A stretch of 64,000 nt of DNA, taken from positions 87,048-151,047 of the forward strand of contig CAYQPO010000001.1 of NCBI GenBank assembly GCA_964420015.1, read 5' to 3'. A program made the translations under genes and the position numbers. The notes below the pieces were generated by a model. The model was not told the DNA's origin and made no database searches. It worked only from the letters and a program-made list of their open reading frames with translations. The stretch's first letter is position 1. Every line of letters begins with the position of its first letter. The DNA comes from an uncultured Candidatus Saccharibacteria bacterium. Lineage in GTDB: Bacteria > Patescibacteriota > Minisyncoccia > Phycocordibacterales > SBAW01. Shown one piece after another: positions 57,004-64,000 of this stretch.

Positions 57004-58635
57004 TCACAAAAACTTCATTTTAAAACGTTCTTTTTGAAGCATGCGCTGTATGTCAGCAAGCATGTCGCCTGCAACCACTCGCTCGCTTGTATGATCGCCC
57101 ACTTCGGCATCGAACTTAAACCGTAAATCTTCGGCAAAGGGCTCGAGCTCTTCTTGGTAGCGCGCAAGGCGCTCAGTCCCCAAGAGCGTCTTCAGTTCCT
57201 CTTTACCCGAAGCAAACCCAAAAAGCAGCATACCGATCTTTTTTTGCAAGGGCATCAGCGTCGATTCTGCAACGTCTTGATGAATATCCGGTGAATCACC
57301 CTCTTGTGGAATTGGTCTTTTGGCCACTTCGGCGCGCACGGCATCCTCGCTCACGCCAAGCTTGTTGGCCACAAGCCGGATGTTTTGCTCGCGTTCAATC
57401 TCACTCTGCATCGCTGCAATAAGCGGCAAGATATTTGCCTCGACCAGCTTGCGATAGCTCCCCACATCTTTTGCCTGCGGTCTAAGCGCACCGAGAAAGA
57501 ACTCGACCGCCCTATGCGCAGTGCGGACAGCAGCCTTTAATAGCTCGGGGTTTTCTTTGGCCACGTCGGCCGGGTCTGCTCCCGGGGGGAAGGTCGGCAC
57601 CTTGACCTCAAATCCTTGTGCAGCGGCAAGGTAGGCGCTCCTAAGCCCGGCGCGGATGCCCGCCTGGTCGGCATCAAGTGCAAGCACTAAGCGCTTCGAG
57701 AGTCTGCTCAGGATTTGCAGGTGTTCTGCTGTGAGTGCAGTCCCCGAGAGCGCCACGGCGAAGTGCAGCCCCGATTGGTGCGCAAGAATCAAGTCGAACT
57801 GGCCCTCAACCAGCAAAATGCAGTCGAGCTTGCGTATGTAATTGCGCGCAGCATGGAGCCCGTAGAGTGTACGTGATTTTTTAAAGAGTGCCGTTTCAGG
57901 CGAGTTAACGTACTTTGCGGGTTCGCTGTCTTGCTTGGCCCCCGGGACCGCTTCAAAAAACCTTCCTGAGACCGCGATGGGCGCTCCACCGAGATCGAAT
58001 ATCGGGAACATGATCCGGCCGCGAAACCGGTCAAATACTCTTACCTCTTCTGGTCGCTGCGCTCCTGCAGGTCGTTTCTCAGAACGAACTCCAAAGCCCG
58101 CGTCTACCATATCCGGATACCCAAAACCCAAACTCAACAAGTGTCTCGAGAGGCTGTCCCAGGTGGCGGGCGCGTAGCCTATGCGCCACTCTTTAATGGT
58201 CTCCTCACTCACCCCCCGTGTGTGGAGGTAGTCGTGCACATCCCTACGTACTACAAGCTGGCTTTCAAAATATTTCACCGCCGCTTCGCAGACCTCTCTG
58301 AGCCGCTCCTCGATGTGGGCCTGCTCAGGGTCTTTAGGCCTGAAGCTCCGGCTCTCTAGTTTGACCCCGGCCTTTTCTGCCAGCTGCTTTAAAACGGTTA
58401 GAAAGTCGCTCCCCTCTATTTTTTGCAGGAACGAGAACACGTCTCCCCCCTCGCCACAGCCAAAACACTTATATGTCCCGCGCTCGGGTGAGACATGAAA
58501 GCTCGGTGTGCGCTCTTTGTGGAAGGGGCAGCGGCCAGTGTAGCTCTTGCCCGCCCGCCGCAGCTGCACATACTGCCCCACCACCTCGACAATATTGATC
58601 CGGTCTTTAATTTGCTGCACTTCATCCCCCGCCAT
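57004..58635 (-). CDS. dnaG: DNA primase
   Basis: CHC2 Zn finger [13 protein letters not shown]…[21 protein letters not shown] (…LVEGQFD…LALDADQAG). Confidence 0.9.
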   Translation of the reverse strand: MAGDEVQQIKDRINIVEVVGQYVQLRRAGKSYTGRCPFHKERTPSFHVSPERGTYKCFGCGEGGDVFSFLQKIEGSDFLTVLKQLAEKAGVKLESRSFRPKDPEQAHIEERLREVCEAAVKYFESQLVVRRDVHDYLHTRGVSEETIKEWRIGYAPATWDSLSRHLLSLGFGYPDMVDAGFGVRSEKRPAGAQRPEEVRVFDRFRGRIMFPIFDLGGAPIAVSGRFFEAVPGAKQDSEPAKYVNSPETALFKKSRTLYGLHAARNYIRKLDCILLVEGQFDLILAHQSGLHFAVALSGTALTAEHLQILSRLSKRLVLALDADQAGIRAGLRSAYLAAAQGFEVKVPTFPPGADPADVAKENPELLKAAVRTAHRAVEFFLGALRPQAKDVGSYRKLVEANILPLIAAMQSEIEREQNIRLVANKLGVSEDAVRAEVAKRPIPQEGDSPDIHQDVAESTLMPLQKKIGMLLFGFASGKEELKTLLGTERLARYQEELEPFAEDLRFKFDAEVGDHTSERVVAGDMLADIQRMLQKERFKMKFL

Positions 58636-58720
58636 AGGCTAATAGTATAACACTTGACACTGTCGGACAGTGTAATGCATAATGTGCACAATTTGGAAAT
58701 GCACCTTGGGAGAAGGCCCT

Positions 58721-58849
58721 ATGGAAATATTGACCGGCTTGTTTTTGCTCGGTGCTGGGATTAGCCACATCATAGAGGTTGACGCGACTGGAGTATTGCT
58801 CATGCTGGCCGGTTGCACTCACTTCTTGCATGCTTGGTTAGAGAAGTAA
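58721..58849 (+). CDS. possible 42-aa hydrophobic peptide
   Basis: GGGAGAAGG RBS. MEILTGLFLLGAGISHIIEVDATGVLLMLAGCTHFLHAWLEK. A strong terminator follows immediately. Confidence 0.35.
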   Translation: MEILTGLFLLGAGISHIIEVDATGVLLMLAGCTHFLHAWLEK

Positions 58850-58856
58850 AGTACGA

Positions 58857-58887
58857 AACGCCGGCGCTTTCGCGCCGGCGTTTTTAA
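58857..58887 (+). terminator. rho-independent terminator AACGCCGGCGC-TTTC-GCGCCGGCGTT + TTTTT
   Basis: Perfect 11-bp stem plus a T5 tract. Confidence 0.75.
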
Positions 58888-58933
58888 TTCTAAAACTATA
58901 TAAACGCATTTAAATATAGATATTGTGGAAAAT

Positions 58934-58947
58934 TTCGCATATGCGAA
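58934..58947. repeat. palindrome TTCGCATATGCGAA (operator-like) upstream of the PaaX-like gene
   Basis: Perfect 14-bp palindrome. Second copy at 59499..59512 within a ~24-bp direct repeat (GGAAAAtTTCGCATATGCGAA). Confidence 0.6.
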
Positions 58948-58971
58948 AAAGTGATTAGTATAATCTTTACT

Positions 58972-59463
58972 ATGGTGAGATCTTCAAAAGGCGCGGCGAT
59001 GCAGGGCGGCAAAGAACTGCTGCTTGATGTGCTGCAACTGGTGCTCGACCAAGCCCCGATTGACCGCCGCTATGCTAAGAAACTCTATTACTTACGGCAA
59101 GAAAAATATATTATCCATACCCGGGGCAAAGACCAACTAACTGGCAAAGGCGCTCGCGCACTGAGCGAACGAAAGTTATGGCAGCTGAGAATCCCAACAC
59201 CTAAGCGCTGGGATGGCGCATGGCACTTGGTACTGTTTGATATCCCTAAAGACAAGCGCCGTAGGCGTGACATATTTCGCACACACCTGAGAGAACTCGG
59301 CCTTCGGTTATATCAAAATTCAGTCTGGGTACATCCATACCCACTAGAAAAAGAAATCCTACAGATAGCAGAGTTTCACAAACTTAAAGATTGTGTGTCG
59401 TTTGTGACAGCAGAAAAGATAAGCGGCGAGAAACACCTCATGCAAGCATTTGGCCTATTGTAA
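58972..59463 (+). CDS. PaaX-like small transcriptional regulator domain protein
   Basis: …WDGAWHLVLFDIPKDKRRRRDIFRTHLRELGLRLYQNSVWVHP… matches the PaaX core (W.G.W.L….P….R….R..L…GFG…SVW). Confidence 0.55.
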   Translation: MVRSSKGAAMQGGKELLLDVLQLVLDQAPIDRRYAKKLYYLRQEKYIIHTRGKDQLTGKGARALSERKLWQLRIPTPKRWDGAWHLVLFDIPKDKRRRRDIFRTHLRELGLRLYQNSVWVHPYPLEKEILQIAEFHKLKDCVSFVTAEKISGEKHLMQAFGLL

Positions 59464-59498
59464 TTGGCTATAACTGTCTATATTGAATTTAGGAAAAA

Positions 59499-59512
59499 TT
59501 CGCATATGCGAA
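59499..59512. repeat. second copy of palindrome TTCGCATATGCGAA downstream of the PaaX-like gene
   Basis: Perfect 14-bp palindrome. Confidence 0.6.
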
Positions 59513-59630
59513 GTTTTCGGTAAGTTTTTTACAGGATCTACTGCACAACGGAGGCAAAAAGGCGCGGAGGCTGTCTGGCCTCCACGCCTTTTTTTACTTT
59601 TAAATTTCTTGCTCTGAGCTTGTCGAAGGG

Positions 59631-62600
59631 TTAGCGAGCGAGTTCGCGGTCGCCTTCTATAGTCTGCAGCGGCTTGGGGGCAAGCTTCTCAACAATCGCG
59701 GCCTTCGGCGAGCCTTTAAAGCCCGTACCTGCGGGGATCAAGCGGCCCAGGATCACGTTCTCCTTCAAACCCTCGAGGGCATCTTGCGCACCGTAGATCG
59801 AGGCTTTAATAAGCATGCGGGTCGTATTTTGGAACGACGCTGCTGAAAGGAAGCTTGCACGACTAAGCGAGACATCGAGAATACCCATGACCATAGGCTC
59901 CCCTTTTGCAACTTCGCCACCCGCCTCGGTGGCAACCACATTTGCTGCCTCAAAGTCTGCCTGCGGTACCACGTCCCCGAGCGAATACTCGGTCGTACCC
60001 GAAGCAGTAATGCGCACGCGGCTAAACATTTGCCGCACGATCACCTCAACGTGCTTGACCGAGATCGACGCACCCTGGAGCTCGTAGATCTTAATGACTT
60101 CGGCCATCACATACTCTTGCGTGCGTTCTTTGCCTGCATACTTAAAGAGCTCTGCCAAGTCGGCCGACCCGTCGGTGAGCAACTGACCCTTCTCGACACG
60201 GCTGCCTACTTTAACCAGTGGCACGCGGCGCACGTGGGCCTCATATTCGACCATATCCTTCTTACTTTTTTTGTGTTCGATGTCAGGAGCCACCACGATA
60301 GTTTTTTCCTTGCCGTCATCGCGGATTTCAACCACTTCTCCAGAGACTGAGGCGACCACCGCCGGATTGCGCGGTGCACGACGCTCAAAGATCTCCTCAA
60401 CGCGGGGCAGACCTTGCGTCACATCGCCGCCTGAAGACGCTGCGCCGCCAGCGTGCTTAACGTTCATGGTGAGCTGCGTGCCCGGCTCGCCGATCGCTTG
60501 TGCGGCGACCGTACCGACCGCTTCGCCGAGTGTTACTGGCTTCATGGTGCCGAGATCTGCGCCATAGCAGCGAGCGCAAAGGCCTGTCGAAGTTTTGCAT
60601 GCTACCGGCGAGCGGACCACTACCTCCGGGACACCGAGCTCTTCGATACGCTTAGCGTCAACGCTCGTGATAAAGTGGCCCTTCTTGTACTCAATCTTGC
60701 CATCTTTTTCGATAGACTCTGCCAAATAGCGACCGTCGATGTTTTTAGCAAGGAAGGTGCCGATACCCGAGGCCGACTCGCGCGAAATAGTGAGACCTTC
60801 CTTGGTGCCGCAGTCCTCCTCAACAATGACAATGTCTTGTGCAACATCGAAGAGGCGCCGGGTGAGGTATCCTGCCTTGGCGGTCGAGAGTGCGGTTGCA
60901 GCCAAGCCTGAGCGCGAACCGTGCGTGGTGGTAAAGTACTCTATTGGGCTAAGGCCCTCCTTCATCGACTTGGTTACGGGGAGCTCAATCGTGTCGCCGG
61001 AGGGTGAGGCAATGAGGCCCTTCATACCCGCCATTTGGGTCAACTGTGCGACCGAACCGCGGGCCTTCGACTTAAGCATGTCGGAGACTGAGCCGTTTAC
61101 CGGCAGTGCGGTCGGAATCAGCTTCTCGATGTCGGCTTTGGCTTGGTGCCAAATTTCGATGTTCATCTGGTAGCGCTCCTCTTCAGTCAACAATCCTTCT
61201 TGCCAGTGGCGGATCACTTCGTCTGACCTTTTTTGTGCAGCAGCGATGATCGCGTTCTTCTCCTCAGGCACGCGGATGTCGTCGAGCGACCAGGTGATGC
61301 CAGATTGCGTTACATAGCGAAAACCAAATGCTTTGATTTTGTCCATGATCTCGGGGACCTTTTCCAAACCATAGCGGTTAATAAGGTCATCTACGAGTTT
61401 GCCAAGCTTCTCTTTGCCGATAGAATCGTTGATGTAGGGATAATCTCCGGGGAAGACGGTGTTGAAGAGCAGTCGCCCGACCGTGGTCTCAAAAAGTTGG
61501 CCACCAAACTGAGCGTATTTCTCCTTCTCCGAGGGTTGCACCTTGATCTTGGCTTGAAAGCCTACTGCGCCGTAGTCGTAGGCCAAAATCGCGGCGTTCG
61601 GCGATTGGAAAGCACTCCCTTCTCCCTTCGCACCCGCAACCTCTTTGGTCATCCAATAACTGCCGAGCAAAATGTCGAGGAGTTTTGTTGCCACAACCGG
61701 CTGGCCGTCGCCCGGTTTGAGGATGTTTTTCGGTGCAGCCATAATCTCGCGCGCCTCGGCTTGAGCCTCAGGCGAGAGCGGCACGTGGACAGCCATCTGG
61801 TCGCCATCGAAGTCGGCATTGAACGCCGGGCACACCATCGGGTGGAGCTGGATCGCGTTACCCTCGATCAGGATCGGCTGGAATGCCTGGATACCCAAGC
61901 GGTGTAGCGTTGGTGCGCGGTTAAGCATCACGTATTTGTCTCTAATGACATCTTCGAGGATTGCCCACACCTCTGGCACACCTTCGTCGATGAGCCGCCC
62001 GGCGCCACGGATGTTATAGGCGAGCTCTTTTTCAAGCAGCTTGCCGATCACGAAGGGGCGGAACAGCTCGAGCGCCATGTGTTTAGGCAAACCGCACTGA
62101 TTGAGCTTGAGCTCCGGACCGACGACAATTACCGAGCGGCCAGAGTAGTCGACGCGCTTGCCGAGTAAGTTTTGGCGGAAAAGGCCAGACTTGCCCTTGA
62201 GATTGTCCGCGAGCGACTTCAGTGGCCTGGTGCGAGCCTGGGTGGTGGCGGAAAAAGCGGCCCCGCCGTGGCGGATTGAGTTGTCGATAAGCGCGTCGAT
62301 CGCCTCTTGCAAGATGCGCTTCTCGTTGCGCAGGATCACGTCCGGCGCATGGATCTCGAGGAGCTTTTTGAGACGGTTGTTGCGGTTGATGACGCGGCGA
62401 TAGAGGTCGTTGACGTCGCTCGTCGCATGGCGGCCGCCCTCGAGTGCGACCATAGGCCGAAGCCCCGGCGGGATAATCGGGATGCGGGTTAAGAACATCC
62501 ACTCGGGACGGACGTTAGCCCGCACCATGCCACGGAGTATTGAGAGGCGCTTGCCGAGCTTCTCGCGCTCAGCGGCACCGGCGTCGGGCAATCTTGCTTC

Positions 62601-64000
62601 AATTTCTTTGACCAGCTCCTTGAGGTTGAGCGTCTTGCAGAGGTTGTAGATAGCCTCGGCGCCGATCCCTGCCTCGAACATCGCGCCATATTTAATGGCA
62701 AAGCGATGATACTTTGCTTCGTCGAGCACCGCGCCCACCTCGATTCCGTCGATGTCACGCTTAGCCTCCAAGAAGAGCTCTTTAATTTTTTCTTTGCTCT
62801 TGTCGTCTTGGAGATTTTTAAGTTTGGTCTTGTACTCCGCCTCAAGCTCATGTACGATGCGCTCCTTCTCTTTTTGGTGCACGGCGCCCACCATGTAGCC
62901 AGCAAAGTAGACTACCTTCTCCAGATCAGAGCCAGAGATACCGAGAATGCTCGCGAGACGCGACGGGATGGCACGCAAGAACCACACGTGTGCGACGGGG
63001 ACAGCGAGATCGACATGACCCATGCGTTCGCGACGCACAATCGAGCGCGTGATCTCTACACCGCATTTCTCGCAGACGATGCCCTTGTAGCGGATGCCAC
63101 GATATTTACCGCAGTAGCATTCATAATCGCGTTCAGGGCCAAAGATCTTTTCGTCAAAGAGTGAGTTCTTCTCCGGGCGCTGGGTGCGATAGTTGATTGT
63201 CTCAGGCTTGGTAACCTCACCGTGCGACCACTCCAAGATACGCTCGGGCGAAGCGGGGCGGATGCGCAAACCGTCGAAATCACCGGTCTCGGCGCCCGGC
63301 GTTTTGCGGCCAGAGCGCAGTGGGGCTCCGCCTTGCATAAGTTCGATGTCGAGTGCAAGCCCGCGCAGGGTGTGCAAGAGTACGTTGAACGAAGCCGGTG
63401 CAAAGTGATGGGTGATCCGCTCACCGCGCACGATCGCGTCGAACGCAGCCGAGCGGCCAGTAATGTCGTCAGACTTGACCGTGAGCATTTCGCGCAGTGT
63501 GTACGCCGCGCCGTAGCCAAGCAAGGCCCAGACCTCCATCTCGCCGAAACGCTGACCACCACCCTGTGCTTTGCCGCCAAGGGGCTGCTGCGTAATGAGA
63601 CTATAGGGGCCGATCGAGCGCATGTGGATTTTGTCCTCGACCATGTGGTGGAGCTTCAAGATATACATGTAGCCGACGGCGACCTCTTGCTCAAACGCCT
63701 CACCGGTGCGACCGTCGTAGAGCTTCATCTTGCCACTCTCATTAAAGCCGGCCGCTTTGAGCTCCTCACGGATCTCGCCTTCGGTCGCACCGGCAAACGG
63801 TGGGCAGATAGCTTGATAATTAAGCGTGTTAGCGGCGAGCCCCAAGTGAAGCTCGAGGATCTGGCCAAGGTTCATACGGCTGGGCACGCCGAGCGGAGTT
63901 AAAATCACGTCTACCGGGCGGCCGTCTTTGGTATACGGCATGTCCTCTTCGGGCAAAATGCGCGAAATGACGCCCTTATTTCCGTGGCGGCCGGCGAGTT
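59631..64000 (-). CDS. rpoBC: RNA polymerase beta-beta' fusion (rpoB C-terminal part fused in-frame to full rpoC; 5'-partial, continues beyond the window)
   Basis: Upstream of the ORF-track start the frame stays open to the window edge, with the RpoB C-terminus (…[18 protein letters not shown]…[13 protein letters not shown]…). It continues without a stop through …[38 protein letters not shown]… into the RpoC N-terminus (Zn CxC…Cxx[10 protein letters not shown]) to the stop at 59631. Confidence 0.8.
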   Translation of the reverse strand, partial: LAGRHGNKGVISRILPEEDMPYTKDGRPVDVILTPLGVPSRMNLGQILELHLGLAANTLNYQAICPPFAGATEGEIREELKAAGFNESGKMKLYDGRTGEAFEQEVAVGYMYILKLHHMVEDKIHMRSIGPYSLITQQPLGGKAQGGGQRFGEMEVWALLGYGAAYTLREMLTVKSDDITGRSAAFDAIVRGERITHHFAPASFNVLLHTLRGLALDIELMQGGAPLRSGRKTPGAETGDFDGLRIRPASPERILEWSHGEVTKPETINYRTQRPEKNSLFDEKIFGPERDYECYCGKYRGIRYKGIVCEKCGVEITRSIVRRERMGHVDLAVPVAHVWFLRAIPSRLASILGISGSDLEKVVYFAGYMVGAVHQKEKERIVHELEAEYKTKLKNLQDDKSKEKIKELFLEAKRDIDGIEVGAVLDEAKYHRFAIKYGAMFEAGIGAEAIYNLCKTLNLKELVKEIEARLPDAGAAEREKLGKRLSILRGMVRANVRPEWMFLTRIPIIPPGLRPMVALEGGRHATSDVNDLYRRVINRNNRLKKLLEIHAPDVILRNEKRILQEAIDALIDNSIRHGGAAFSATTQARTRPLKSLADNLKGKSGLFRQNLLGKRVDYSGRSVIVVGPELKLNQCGLPKHMALELFRPFVIGKLLEKELAYNIRGAGRLIDEGVPEVWAILEDVIRDKYVMLNRAPTLHRLGIQAFQPILIEGNAIQLHPMVCPAFNADFDGDQMAVHVPLSPEAQAEAREIMAAPKNILKPGDGQPVVATKLLDILLGSYWMTKEVAGAKGEGSAFQSPNAAILAYDYGAVGFQAKIKVQPSEKEKYAQFGGQLFETTVGRLLFNTVFPGDYPYINDSIGKEKLGKLVDDLINRYGLEKVPEIMDKIKAFGFRYVTQSGITWSLDDIRVPEEKNAIIAAAQKRSDEVIRHWQEGLLTEEERYQMNIEIWHQAKADIEKLIPTALPVNGSVSDMLKSKARGSVAQLTQMAGMKGLIASPSGDTIELPVTKSMKEGLSPIEYFTTTHGSRSGLAATALSTAKAGYLTRRLFDVAQDIVIVEEDCGTKEGLTISRESASGIGTFLAKNIDGRYLAESIEKDGKIEYKKGHFITSVDAKRIEELGVPEVVVRSPVACKTSTGLCARCYGADLGTMKPVTLGEAVGTVAAQAIGEPGTQLTMNVKHAGGAASSGGDVTQGLPRVEEIFERRAPRNPAVVASVSGEVVEIRDDGKEKTIVVAPDIEHKKSKKDMVEYEAHVRRVPLVKVGSRVEKGQLLTDGSADLAELFKYAGKERTQEYVMAEVIKIYELQGASISVKHVEVIVRQMFSRVRITASGTTEYSLGDVVPQADFEAANVVATEAGGEVAKGEPMVMGILDVSLSRASFLSAASFQNTTRMLIKASIYGAQDALEGLKENVILGRLIPAGTGFKGSPKAAIVEKLAPKPLQTIEGDRELAR

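Noticed and set aside
63222-63902. 226-aa plus-strand ORF inside rpoC
   Set aside because: Antisense to the highly conserved RpoC coding frame.
1-64000. CRISPR arrays, rRNA genes, additional tRNAs
   Set aside because: No regularly spaced direct repeats and no rRNA-like conserved stretches were seen. Only one convincing tRNA cloverleaf (Asn) was found by eye; others cannot be excluded without a dedicated scan.

Overview
This is a GC-rich (~58-60%) bacterial chromosomal segment from an apparently diderm organism: it encodes an outer-membrane beta-barrel protein ending in Phe and an LPS-type GT9 heptosyltransferase. Housekeeping genes in the window: rseP, frr, nth, a holB-like gene, mreB, def-fmt, hpf, tRNA-Asn, amt-glnA, two two-component systems, class I nrdA/nrdB, truB, hisS, rpoD-dnaG, and an apparently fused rpoB-rpoC reading frame that runs off the right edge. 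Accessory content sits between these genes. (1) A ~9.8 kb AT-rich (~38-45% GC) island is integrated at the 3' end of tRNA-Asn. It carries a large serine recombinase, an Xis-type HTH, and a 1527-aa DUF4011/SF1-helicase/DUF559(Vsr-like)-nuclease/Zn-ribbon protein (Hhe-like), translationally coupled through a TAATG overlap to a DUF2779 Cas4-like PD-(D/E)XK nuclease. This is a candidate anti-phage defence module. (2) A retron-type reverse transcriptase (YADD, VTG) carries a C-terminal DnaG-like CHC2 zinc finger. Upstream of it lies a ~340-bp structured non-coding region bracketed by a 10-bp inverted repeat, a1/a2-like; this is a candidate retron-like ncRNA. (3) A REP-associated tyrosine transposase (IS200-like HUH) is flanked by CAAAGGTC[A/T]GACCTTTG REP palindromes, with one REP copy embedded in-frame inside the gene. 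(4) A PaaX-like small regulator cassette between dnaG and rpoBC is flanked by two copies of the palindrome TTCGCATATGCGAA. (5) Smaller items: a bacterial SWIB/MDM2 protein, a peptidase-G1 (eqolisin)-like secreted protease, a class-F-like sortase, a KGG stress peptide and several strong intrinsic terminators, two of them near-identical. No CRISPR array and no rRNA were seen. All functional calls come from motif recognition by eye in the translated ORFs, not from database searches.
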